In this document: positions 51,584 to 63,830 of the stretch, one piece after another
Layout of the letters: each line of letters begins with the position of its first letter
How positions within the stretch are numbered: position 1 is the first letter of the stretch
Position numbers and translations under genes: made by a program
Notes under the pieces: generated by a model
What the model was told of the DNA's origin: nothing
Seen by the model: only the letters and a program-made list of their open reading frames with translations
Databases searched by the model: none
From: Octopus vulgaris
Taxonomy: Eukaryota
Reading direction: 5' to 3'
Assembly: GCA_951406725.2 (NCBI GenBank)
Contig: OX597825.1
Coordinates: forward strand, 48,670,001 to 48,734,000
Length of the DNA: 64,000 nt

Positions 51584-51834
51584 TCAGTTTGTTCAGAGTT
51601 GTCTCTCTTAGGTACATCTCCTCGACAAGAGTCAATAAACTCGAAACATCGATGTCTGAGATTCCCGAGAGAGAGCGACACTGATCGAACAGGGTGTTTT
51701 CGCACATTTTTACAATAAGAGAGAATCTTTCTGCACGGTAACTGCAGTGTATTTGCCTTTAGTAGTTGAAATATATTTCAACTAACCTAAATTGTGATTA
51801 TACGTAAACAGTGCTTAGCGCCATTACTCCGATA
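51584..51834 (+). repeat. HHR repeat copy C, inverted and without a LINE (empty site)
   Basis: tcagtttgttcagagttg is joined directly to tctctcttaggtacatc and the HHR. Confidence 0.85.
51616..51662 (+). ncRNA. Type I hammerhead ribozyme, variant core (copy C)
   Basis: atctcc-TCGACAA-gagt-caataa-actc-GAAA-catcgatg-TC-tgagat. Confidence 0.75.
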
Positions 51835-51883
<49 letters not shown>

Positions 51884-51899
51884 TATATATTGATATTGA

Positions 51900-52640
51900 T
51901 ATTCTACCCTCTTGGTAGATCGCAGGTATGACAGTGCTGTTGAAGAAACTGGTGCTTAGGATCAGTTGTTCAGTTTTGCCTTGAGCACATCTTTTATCGA
52001 GGCAAACGCCTTCCATTATACCCTTATTGTCCTCGAGATTTCACCATCTGTGTCTCAAGTAACTGTACTTCTTTATCTCCTTGACTTCATCTCTTCCCAC
52101 TCTTATTCAGCTTCGTGCTTTGCTCTCGGACTGCATATATTTTGTTTTCATGCTCTTCCTTTTAAGGTCTACAGCTGAGCTACGGGTGTCAAACTTTGTC
52201 AGCATGCTATGCAGCCAATCTATGTTTATGGCGATGAGTACGGAGTCATCTGCGAATCGGAGTTGTGATAATGCCTATCGATATCACTGATAACTATTCC
52301 TAGACATGTAGTAAAGAGCTTCGGAACGACGGTACCATCCTGTCTGATGCCCCTCACTACTGGAACTCTTACGAGTGACAATAGTAGTGGTGCATCTGGA
52401 ACTCGCATCCCTGAGCAGTTTAGTATATTGCGACTCGTCGACTCCTTGGATTTCAGCAATTTCGGCACTGCATTCTTCTCAATGCTGTCGAAGGCATTTT
52501 CGTTGACGACGAAAGCAATACTTAGAGACAGCTTGTATTCTTTCGCTTTTTCTATAAGCTGTCTCTGGATGAATATGTGATCTGTCCATTGGCTATGACG
52601 TAGAGAGCGGTGAAAATATCCGTGCACGATATATCATTGC
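51900..52640 (-). mobile_element. Decayed RTE-like RT fragment
   Basis: DHIFIQRQLIEKAKEY...AFDS...GIRQDG and RFADD motifs. Confidence 0.7.
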
Positions 52641-53019
52641 GACAGTACACTTTAAATGAGGTAATTCGACATGTTTCCATACATACACACTGAAAGACAC
52701 ACACAGACACAGACAAACTGACACACACACACATATACACATATACATTCTCATGTATGTATAAATTGTTTGAAGTGGTGCACAGATTAAATATATTAAG
52801 AACAAGAAGTAATGAGAATTTGGAATAAGTATTTGTTTAACGCTTTCAAATCTTTTTGAGAGATGCATCATGAACAATTTATTTGCAGAAAATTCTTGCC
52901 TTTTACATATATATATATATATATTTATGACTAGAAAAATACAGCAGTTGAATTAAGAAGGGAATGTTCTGAGTTTTTTAAATCTATTTGTGCGTGTGTA
53001 TATTCTTTTATACTTTGAT

Positions 53020-53795
53020 TCTTTTACTTGTTTCAGTCATCTGACTGCGGCCATGCTGGAGCACTGCTCAGGTAGACAACCTGAGACGTTAGATATATAT
53101 TATATTTAAATGAGAATTCAGGTAGGTTCAGCAATTTAGAATACTAATACAACATATACTAAGCCTTAAAGCCGGTGTATGAAAATTATTAAAGTATATT
53201 TAATGTATCACTCATTATAATATTATAAATCATTACAAATTTACAGATACATAAATATATAAATATATAATAGACATATATGGGTAGAAAAACTATACTG
53301 CTGTGTAAAAAAAACATTAGTATCTTAAAAGGTATATATTGAAGACATCATCCTAAGAGCGTTGTTAAAAAGATATTTTTAAAAATATTTAAAATATACT
53401 AAAAACAATATTAACAAATATTTTTAAGATATTAAAAGTATTTTTTAATATTTTAAAAAATATCTTTTTAGCAACGCTCTTAATCTCTAAGTAGGATGAT
53501 ATCTTCAATATATACCTTTTAAGAGGCTAATATTTTTTATACAGCAGTATAGTATTTCTACCCATGTATGTCTATTATAATTATAAATTGTTGAACCTAC
53601 CTGAATTCTCCTTTTAAATATAATACAATATACGACGAGCTTTTTTCAGTCTCCGTCTACTAAATCCACTAACAAGGCTTAGCCCACCCGAGGCTATAGT
53701 AGAAGACACTTTCCTAAGGTGGTACGCTGTGGAACTGAACCCAGAACCATGTGGTTGGAAAACAAACTTCTTACCACATAGTCACGTCTGCGCCT
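53020..53795 (-). mobile_element. SINE family A copy whose middle is replaced by a palindromic insert
   Basis: SINE tail at 53020-53068 and head at 53628-53795. Confidence 0.8.
53098..53625. repeat. ~530-bp imperfect palindrome
   Basis: 53098-53138 pairs with 53584-53625; 53266-53390 pairs with 53448-53580. Confidence 0.9.
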
Positions 53796-53869
53796 ACATA
53801 CACACATAAAAATTCAAAAATAACAAGGAACATTCTCTTCCCAGTTCAACTCTAGATTTTTTCAACTAA

Positions 53870-53906
<37 letters not shown>

Positions 53907-54199
53907 CGGGAAGCTTTATGAAAATAGACAAAAGACGAAGGCAGGTGGAAAACAAACAAACAATTGTATTAGTATGGCGCTCAGGAAATATAAATAAAAC
54001 GTTTCGAGCCTACGCTCTTCAACAGAAAGATACACAGAGAGAAAAAAAACACAGAAAGAAGGAGAGAAAAAAAATGCGTGCAGTAACTAACGAATCAACA
54101 TGGCGATCTGATTTCGGCCAGAAGTCAAAGATCAAACATGAGACGCGAGAGCGAAATAAGGGGAGATAATAGGGTTGATAATAGGGTTGAATGACCACC

Positions 54200-54487
54200 T
54201 ATTAGTGCGTAGGAGGGGTCTGGACGTGTGTATGTGTAGGGTTGGTGTATGTATTAGTATGTATAAGGGTGTGTGTGTGTGTGTGTGTGTGTGTATGAGA
54301 GAGTATTAGTGCGTAGGATAGGTCTGGACAGGCGTATGTATGGGGTTGGTGTATGTATTAGTATGTATTAGTATGTATTAGTACGTATTAGTATGTATAA
54401 GTGTGTGTGTGTGTGTATGAGAGAGTATAAGTGCGTATGAGGGGTCTGGACGTGTGTATGTATAGGGTTGGTGTATGTATTAGTATA
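54200..54487. repeat. Minisatellite, three units of ~105-125 bp
   Basis: agtgcgta.ga.gggtctggac...ggttggtgtatgtattagtat repeated three times. Confidence 0.85.
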
Positions 54488-55024
54488 TCATCCTATATTC
54501 TACCAATACCACTATCAACACTTACCTCTACCTTGGATTTTCTTTACCTCTTGGATACTTACCATTGGCTGCACCTCTCTTTCGCGGATCAAAGTGACTT
54601 TGCATTTATATATATATATATATAAACGGCATGAATTCCTGCAAATAAATAATTCATGATGAATCTCTAAGAAAGCGATGAATGTGCTAAATGAATAATT
54701 GTGCAAAATTCTTACTATATGTATACACTCACACACACGTGGATTCACACACACACATGCACACGCACACGCATACACCCACCCACACACATTAGATTTG
54801 TATATTGAGAGTATAATGAGAAGGAAGGTTGGTTAAACATCTTTCGAGGATGACGTGTTTTATTAAAAATTTTACCTTTTGCAATTGATAAATGAATATT
54901 CACAAAAACAAAAGAACGAGCGACATGCGGTGGGTGGAGGACATTCTCATATATATAATGTGAATAGAGGCACATGCGCAATTTCCAATATCAACTGAGA
55001 ATGATTTCAACTCCATAATAAATG

Positions 55025-55067
<43 letters not shown>

Positions 55068-55097
55068 TAGATAAATGTATTTTAACCCATGTCTGTG

Positions 55098-55154
<57 letters not shown>

Positions 55155-55589
55155 GTCATAATTCTAGTTAAAGCTGTTTCAAACATAATATTTGAGCCTT
55201 CATTTAAAAAGGGAATAACACTGTGACATAAATATAAAAAGAATAAAGAATTTAAGCCTAACTTTTAGTTTTAAGAATCAGAAATATATTTCCTGGAATG
55301 ATTGCAATATCATAAGTCCCTTAACTCACAAATATATTACTCCTGAAACAAAAATGGTAAACTCAAGATAATATATATTCCTTTTCACTTTTTAAAAAAT
55401 TGCTTTTTACCTTTCATGACTTCAAGCGTATGTTTTTAACTTATAGATTCTTAATAGAAAATATTTCTCTCGCTACAAATCTCTATTTTATTCCCCTCTC
55501 CCATTTCTCTCCATCTCCCACACACAGACTAACATACATACATGTATATGTATGTGTGTTTGCATATAATTATATATACCGAAGTAAAA

Positions 55590-55627
55590 CTGTCTGATGA
55601 ACGGCAGCGAGAAACTCAGAGTAACAG
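55590..55627 (+). ncRNA. Minimal type I hammerhead ribozyme motif
   Basis: ctgt-CTGATGA-acggcagcga-GAAA-ctcagag-TA-acag; AATAAA about 27 nt downstream. Confidence 0.7.
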
Positions 55628-55747
55628 ATTTTGTTGAATTTTCTGCTGCTTTAAATAAAGTATAATTATATATATATAGATAGATATACACATATGCATA
55701 TACACATAATAGACATACATATACATTTACACATGTATATATATATA

Positions 55748-55791
<44 letters not shown>

Positions 55792-56479
55792 TATATGTAG
55801 ATATGTAATTTTGTGTCTATTTATCTATCTATCTATCAATCTTTTTCTCTATGTCCCGATCTATCTATCTGCTTGTCTGCCTATCTATCTGTGTGTGTCT
55901 GTCTGTCTATATACATGCTTATATTTATATATGAATGCATGTGTGTGTGTGTGTAATTTTCTAATTCAATTTGCATCAAAGTTTTTGACTGCATGCGCGT
56001 GTGTGAGTATATACGTTCCCGTATTGCCGGATAACTAATTTTTCCTGTATCTGTTCATCACTCTTTAAATTATCCTAGCACTTCACAGGACTCATTAAAA
56101 CTCTGCTTATGCATCAGTATTGTTATTAGTATTCTGAATTTAACAGAAGTGAGGAAAATATCAAGAAATAAAAGCGTTAACATAAGTAAAGAACAAGTTT
56201 TACTAATATAATAAAATACACATATTGTAATTGTAATAAAATAAAATTTTGTACTTTGTGAAGCAACAAACTATTTTAGATACAGTAGAAACTCTCCTTT
56301 AATAGTGGCTAATACATATTAAAACAAATTCTATTTAATTAACAAAACATATCCTTTCTACTAAAATATTACTAAATAACATTTAAATGCGCTTCATCGT
56401 ATAATTTTTTACATGCATTACACCAAATACATAATGAAAAGAAAATTACCATTACTACGTTTATTTTCAACACTTAACA

Positions 56480-56960
56480 CTAAGATGCTTTATCTGAAAA
56501 GAAATCTATCCTGAGAGTTCGTCGTTGGAGAGTGTGGCGTACTTAACGATTGGTGAGGTTGATGTTCAGGGAAGGATGAAGTTGATGAGGCAAGGAAGGG
56601 AGAGGTTGCTGAGGCAAGGAGGGGAGAGGTCGATGGTATAATGAGGGTTGACATAGAATGATCTCCTACATCAGCTGTGAAAGGTGTAGGGGACATAGTG
56701 GTGGATGGAGTTTGGATTTTTCTTTTATTTTCTACAGCACTTTATCTATATGCCTTTGCTTTTCTATGAGGAAATTTATTCTTAATAATATGAAAGTGTA
56801 TGGCGCAATGTTTACGTTGATTGCTCTGCGAAGGAAATAGTTGTTTCTGCGCCTCTCCCTCTAGCTGCCTTCCAATAAACTTTAAACTTTGCGTCGTTTT
56901 TGTCTTAGATTTCCACATAGCTGGGTGCTATAATATGTAAGAAATTATTTCTACATTATT
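56480..56960 (-). mobile_element. Possible Penelope-like GIY-YIG C-terminal/3' remnant
   Basis: Frameshifted minus-strand traces resembling SYVW.LK...FKVYWK. Confidence 0.35.
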
Positions 56961-57134
56961 TAAAGATATAGTGAAAATAACATTTCTGTTAATACTAACC
57001 CAACGTTCATTATCTTCCTCACTGATGTCATATTTAGTTTTCACTAATGTACATATCTACCTAACCACTTTATGTAACGGTCTGCTTCTGAATATAAACA
57101 CACACACACACACACACATACACACACACACACA

Positions 57135-57174
<40 letters not shown>

Positions 57175-57838
57175 ACACACACATGCATATATATGATATG
57201 TATAATTTGTATATAATTAAGTTGTTTTAATCACATTATGTCAAGTCACTTAGAGCATGTGTCTTCTAATATAGCGTCCAGTCGATCAAGCCATTCCGAA
57301 TGAAATTTACTACGCAGAGACTATGTGGAATTCAGTCTATGAGTCCATTCATGTTGTTCTGTGGTAGCCTTAACCGGCCAACAATTCAACACAGACTATC
57401 GAGTAACCGTTGGTAGAGTATAAGTTGAAAGTGCCCGAGCCATGTTTACTGTGTAAGAATACGTTCATAGATCCTTTCTACCACTATACACGGATATATT
57501 CAGAATATAACACATCCAAGTAGTCACAATATACTGTCTGGTATATATTAGTAATTAAAGATACAAACAAGTATTACTCGAATGCTAAATGACCAAACCA
57601 CAAATTTTTATATAACCACAACGGAGAAAGCGGCCAAATAATGTATAAAAATCTAAAACCCCGTACCAATGACGAAAATAATCTAAAATTGAAAACTTCA
57701 GACATACCCGTATACCTGTGATTTCGAAATTTGAGAAAATATCCTCGTTCATCTTCAGCGAGTCTTACTGATCCCAGGGTTATAAAGATTATTCACCTCA
57801 CCAATTTTAAAACAGTGGATAGAAATTATCTAAATATA

Positions 57839-58005
57839 TATGAGGATATCATTGTTTATAATAACATCAGTGGCTTAGCATGTATAAAAAACCAATAACA
57901 GTAAAAAATTATCAATTAATAATTAAGGGTAACTTTAATTAGCAATTGATAATTTTTTACACATGCTAAGCCATTGAATTTATTATAAGCAATAATATCC
58001 TCATA
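57839..58005. repeat. ~165-bp imperfect palindrome
   Basis: tatgaggatat...ggcttagcatgt pairs with acatgctaagcc...atatcctcata; inner gtaaaaaattatcaatt pairs with aattgataattttttac. Confidence 0.85.
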
Positions 58006-58015
58006 CACATACACA

Positions 58016-58065
<50 letters not shown>

Positions 58066-59759
58066 CATATATATATCATATGTATGTGTGTAAGTATATC
58101 TATATACCTATATGCGTATAACACACATCCACTACATATTTATATAAACACATATGAGTATATATTTTCATTCATACATATAAACCATATTCCTATATAT
58201 GTTTATAATACAATGATCTATGTAACTGTACAACTAACACAGCACACACTCATATCTATATAAGGTACATACAAAACACACACTCATACGCACACGGGAT
58301 ACACACACATATAGTCACACACGCAAGCTCTCTCATAAGCACATACACACACATTTATATTTGAATTCTTTCAGATATATACGCAAATAGAAAAATGTTC
58401 TTTGTGTATATACATACATATATCTGTATATATGTATATGTGCGTGTGTGTATGTGTGTGCATGTGTGTGTGTGTATACAAAATAGACACAGCACATATA
58501 CTTCACTTTTTCAAATATATACGTAAATAGTCGGCTTTTTCAGTATATATATATATATATATCACCTTCTCTCTCTATCTGTCTCTATCACATACGCACA
58601 TCTCCACACGCATGTGTCTATCAGAACTATTGATAGGATTTACAAGCTTGTGTAGTTTTTACTTTATGCAGTTTATAGATTGACAGCTGATATAGCTTCA
58701 TCACATTTTAAAAGCTTTTCAAATATTACAGAATCTACCACTTGAAACGTGCACCAGTTACTTCAGCACCGAACAACAACTAAATCAGCCACAAGCACAA
58801 ATATAACAAGTAAGATATGGAAGACAAGATATGATAAAAGTAATAGACAAGAAAATACACGAGACTTGAAGAATATTGTAATGGAGAAATAAGTTGCATA
58901 AACATAGAAAGAAGGCAATTATTTGATACGTCTATCTTAGCAGATTGGATACGACTGAAGAGAACATGTTGAAACTGATTAATCGGATGGAGTAAATCAT
59001 GGGTTTGAACAGCTTCAAGTTAATGGCGCTTGGCAGACTGAAGATATTCTATAATGGATGATTCTTTTTCACAACGCCTTTATATGGTAGCTGAAGGACA
59101 TCGTTGCAAATTATGCTACTGTGGCATTAGATTACCACAGAATTAGCATAGCGACGGATTAAATACGTTTAAGTTTGACTTTTTGTTCTTTTACATTCTA
59201 GGTTCGAATCCTACTGACGACTCTAGGATCAAGATAAAATTCTTTAGGTAAACATATGGGGAACGATTAGTGGGCTATCTCTGTGCCAAACCTTATCATA
59301 ATTTCGAAAAGTGACGCACAACTTTTCCGCAAAAATTGATTAGAATATAAATGAATCATGTTTTTTTTTTATTGAAGGTAGATTTAATAATTTTTAATTG
59401 ATAAGATAATGGAAAGGTGGCTGTAAGATTCCTTGTTTAAACATAGTCACATTTTAATTCGATACACATGCTGATCATCGTTATTATTCACTCTTACTTA
59501 TTGAGATCCAATCACAAATCAGTTTATTTAATATTTTTTTTTCTGAAAAATGCTTTTAAAAGCATAGATCTACAATGATACAATGATATTAATAGGACTT
59601 GTAAATATAATTAAAGGAATTACGGTAAAATTAATTTCACTAGTTTTGAATCTTAAATCTTATATAAATATGGACTCACAAACTGAATTGTTTGTGTGAA
59701 AGTACAATGCTTAGTTATAGGTCGTATCTCTTCATAGAGACAAGCAACGGAGTTGACAT

Positions 59760-60720
59760 AACTGATATTAATGTAATTAGCATAATTAGATTAGTTAAGT
59801 GGACCTAAAGAAGAGAACTGTAGCAGTCGTTTTATTTTCCACTTTAGATTATCATATCTGACCTGCTTCTCATCTTTTCCGATAACCTGTCATACAACCA
59901 GATCATACAATATCTATGATAAAACAGATTTTTTTCCACTTTATTCACAACCAATATATTTGGCATTTGTTGTAAATTTCATAATTACTATGGATCATTA
60001 CATCCCACAATACCTTTACTTTGTCATTCTTAGTTACTCTTTTTGGGTTTTCCATACCACTTCTTTGCTTTATCCAATCCATACTTGCAACAACATATTT
60101 AGTAACTCATTCTCTTGTTTTCTTTTTGGGCCAGCTTCGTACACTCATCCACAATGTGCAGTTCAGTTTAATCTTTATCACAGCACACCTTGCATTTGTC
60201 AGTTTCAAACGTATTGTTAATACGGTATTTGATGATATTTGTCTTAAGTGCCTGTTCCGGTACAACACAGCTAAGCGCTTCTGTCTCTAACTTCTAGTCA
60301 CTTTTCCTTAATCAGTGTCAACTTCCATTAACATCTATATTCCAGCTCATCTCTTGTGCAAGTACCGTGTACATCTTTTTCCGGTCCACTTTCTTTCGTC
60401 TTCCTTACTCTTGTTTTATATTCCTCTGTCTCCACGCAAGTATCTGTCCTGACTAGACCAGATATTTCTACGTGAACCAGCCAAGGGTTCAACGGAACAC
60501 TCGATATACTACCGCAAACTATTGTATTCTGAGAATATACAACTTTTATGGCTGCATAGCCCTAATCCACGTTTGTGCCTGGCTAGATATAACGTGTCCA
60601 TATCGTTGTTGGGGTGGAATACTCTATGATTGTAAGTAGTTTTCTCGATTTTCAGTCAAGCTCCTCTAAGTTCTCTAACTGCCATTGATAATACCATCGT
60701 TATTTTCCAACAAGTCTTTT
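59760..60720 (-). mobile_element. Old R4/Dong-type RLE LINE 3' fragment
   Basis: Minus-strand traces RVFHPNNDMDTLYLARHKRGLGL, CTKLAQKE, KWY and KVKVLWD. Confidence 0.7.
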
Positions 60721-60803
60721 ACGGTCGGGTTGTGTGTAATTATGAATTACTATTGTGTAGAATGCGTGGAACAAAAGGAAAATTGGTTAGGCATCTTGTT
60801 AGC

Positions 60804-61060
60804 CAGTGGTTCCCAAAGTGGTGGTATTGCCTCCCTGGGGGCGGTGGAAAGTTCCAAGAAAAGTGAAGAAAATTGAAGCAATAAGAAGGTATCGATTCAT
60901 GTAAATAATGGGTTCATCAGACTAAGTTTTATTCGTTAAATACAGTTGTTTAAATCTGCTTCAGAAAGAGGTCTATGTTTGTGATGGTTAGTTGGGGGGC
61001 GATAGAAATGTGGCCTGGGTGTCAAGGGGGCAGCAGCCTGAAAATGTTTGGGAACCACTG
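60804..61060. mobile_element. hAT-type MITE
   Basis: TIR cagtggttcccaaa / tttgggaaccactg; 8-bp TSD ttgttagc / ttgtaagc. Confidence 0.9.
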
Positions 61061-61316
61061 TTGTAAGCGAATGTGATAAGTTGGCACATCAAGAGTATAA
61101 GCCACGACATGAAAATGTTGCCAGATATATATCCACTGGATGATATGTGAGAAATGTGGTTTTGTTAGAGCAAGTAAATGGTATGAGCAGAAAACAGAGG
61201 GGCTGTTGGAGAGTGAAAAATATAAACTTTGTGGGACTTTAACATTCAATGTGATAATATAATTGAAGCAAAAATCAGATTTTGTAACTACAACAAAGAA
61301 AAAGAGGCCCAAATTA

Positions 61317-62800
61317 CACTGTACAACAAATTTCAGGGTCAAGAAAAAATCATAGTTCTCATGTACATTTTATTATGAAGTTAATTGTGCTAAATTTGAA
61401 TTTTATAACAAAAATTTCCCATCACGTCACATTTCCTTATTACCGATTTAATATCTATGCAATTTATGCCAATTTCCACGATACCATAAATTTATATATA
61501 ATGAATCGGCATGTTTGTTAGCATTATATAATGTATTAACCTTCATTTTAGTATTTACTTCTTTGTTTATAAGACGTCTTAGGTGTGTTACGCTTCAGAT
61601 TCCCGCAGAAGTCAGCCAGCATAGCTGGGCTCCATTTTTCCTTATATCTATTTTCCATTGACGCTATATCTTGATGGAACCTCTCTCCATGTTCATCACT
61701 CACATCTTCTGCATTCTTTTGGAAGAAGGACAGATGAGAATGAAGAAAGTGTATCTTCAGTGACATATTGCATCCAAGATCTTGGTAGCAATTGATTAGA
61801 CTCTCCACTCTTCACTCTCGCTGGGCCACTTGGTGATTTCCCAGAAATTCTTTGCATATATCTTTGAATGCATGCCAGGCCGCATGTTCAGTTTCATCCA
61901 TCATTACCTTGAAGTTCTCATCAGTTATAAGTTGACGAATCTTGACATCACTTATTTTAGGAAAGATCGCCCCTTGAGGTACTGGAAACACAACTTGTTA
62001 TGTTGCAGCGCTTTGGTAACTTGCCTCTTTAGGCCTAGTTTTATATGCAGTGGTGGCAAAATGATTTTTTCCTTCATAACTACATTATGGCATCCAGGCG
62101 TCATAGTCTTCCTAGGTGGCCATTCTAGGCGTACATAATGTTCTGATCAAGCCATACTGTCCCATTTGCAAAGGAAACACATAGACTTGGTGTATCCAGT
62201 ATGTAGCTAATTAAGTAGGGTTACTACTTTCAAGTCCGCACAAATTAGCCCCTCATGCTTCTTGTAACTTATGCGGTCTAGAATAAAAGCGATGTTCTTA
62301 TATGGCTCTCTAAAAATGACTCAGTGAGCAACTGGAACTGAAGGCATTGTGTTGCCAATGTGCAACAGAACCGCCTTTATGCTATAAAGGGATGCATCTA
62401 TGGAGAACCTCCACTCATTTGGTTCATAGGTCAGCACAAGGGCATTGAATAGGTCTCTTGGTATCATTACAATAAGTCAAGTGAAGAATTATGCAGATGA
62501 CACTAGATTTTCTACTGATACAATGACAACTGGATGCATGCATTGTAAAGCAAAGAAATGTCCTGGAGAGACACCTGCATTGTGCTGCAGTGGTGGGAAG
62601 GTTAAACTCCCAGCAATACCCCAACCTCCAGAGCTATTGAAGAAACTGTTATCATCAACTGACTAAGATTCCAAGCACTTCCAAGAACTGTAGATCTGCA
62701 GAACGCTTGCTAAATACTGTAATTCGAGCATCTTTATCCAACAGGTTCCATTGTTACAGACAGGAGGCTTAGACGTCACTCTGTTGCTTTGTTATCAGTT
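61317..62800 (-). mobile_element. Chapaev3-like (CMC) DNA transposon, decayed
   Basis: TTA followed by a CAC terminus at 61317; motifs MSLKIHFLHSHL...SDEHGERFHQDI, EWRFSIDAS...KAVLLHIGN and QWNLL. Confidence 0.75.
62435..62690 (+). mobile_element. Helitron Rep/Hel N-terminal fragment nested in the Chapaev3 relic
   Basis: CMHCKAKKCPGETPALCCSGGKVKLPAIPQPPELLKKLL motif. Confidence 0.7.
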
Positions 62801-63719
62801 TCAGCTCAATCCTGTTTGTACTCAATTCATACGGAACCATCAGTGTATCTAATGTAAGATGGTAATTTACGAAAAACTACACACAAAATACCTCTAGGAA
62901 AGGTTATTTTCATTTCCGTATTTTTTATTGTTATATAGTGTTATTGATATCACTATCGCAGGAGAAAGTAGAGGAAGATAAAGAGCATGAAAATATGGAA
63001 AAGTATGATCCACCGAAGGAGATTGGAATGCTGTGAGGGATGAAGAAAATGTTAGTGATTCCAGTGGTGACCGGATCATTGACAAGCATATCAGACAGTT
63101 TCGAGTACTGTAAATAAAATCGGAATTGTTGCAAGGTCACAGGTCATGCAAAAGACAACACTTTTTGGTACAGCAGGAATTCTAAGGGTATCTTGTCTAT
63201 GTAAGGTAAAGGAGAAGAAGTAGAAAGGGACTTTTGTCAAGTTGTTGTTGACTGCTCCTTAAGTGAAATGCCCGGACTGTTTAACATTTAAGTCTCTGAG
63301 ATTTACAAAAATGAAACATAATAATGTCATTAGTCACCACTGTAAAAGAACAGTACAGAACAATTCAATGCGATATGATGTGATGAGGGATTATATTAAA
63401 CAGTAAAATATGAAAAGAATGAAAAGTTTTAAAATTTCCTAAAGGTACTGGTGGGGACACTTCCAAGGCAGGCTCGTAGAAATCCTACAAAAACTACGGC
63501 CACCCCGACCACTGGGGCAAGTGCTCTCTCCATATTTATTTCACAATGTACAGCTGCATGCTTAGAGCAGCATCGTCGACTCGGACAATTATTCCCGCGT
63601 TCATCCATCTTTCAACACACTGACTTTTATTTTGAAGTAATACATTCCTTCCACATCAATTGATCGTTAAACAGCATGGCTTTTATAGCGAGCTTATTCA
63701 TAGAAAAAATATTATATTT

Positions 63720-63830
63720 ATAGCAGAAATAGCATAAATAGCCGGCGTTACCCTGGTTAAAGAGAATAATGAAATTTAAAAACGCCGTCTAGATTACGCA
63801 GGTCTCAACTGCTTGTAGCTGAGATATCTA
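63720..63830 (-). mobile_element. Degraded Helitron 3' terminus, same family as 250-368
   Basis: ccggcgttaccctggttaaagagaataatgaaatttaaaaa matches the reverse complement of 316-356. Confidence 0.55.

Noticed and set aside
43975-51834. Interpretation as an LTR retrotransposon
   Set aside because: The internal region encodes APE+RT with no integrase or protease, the repeats lack TG...CA ends and PBS, and copy C shows the uninterrupted site.
58952-58985. cga-CTGAAGA-gaacatgtt-GAAA-ctgat-ta-atcg hammerhead-like motif
   Set aside because: Stems II and III and the stem I register are all imperfect; it cannot be told from chance without homologues.
62930-63660. Possible piggyBac N-terminus or host exon
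   Set aside because: Only an acidic, stop-interrupted stretch with no diagnostic motif.
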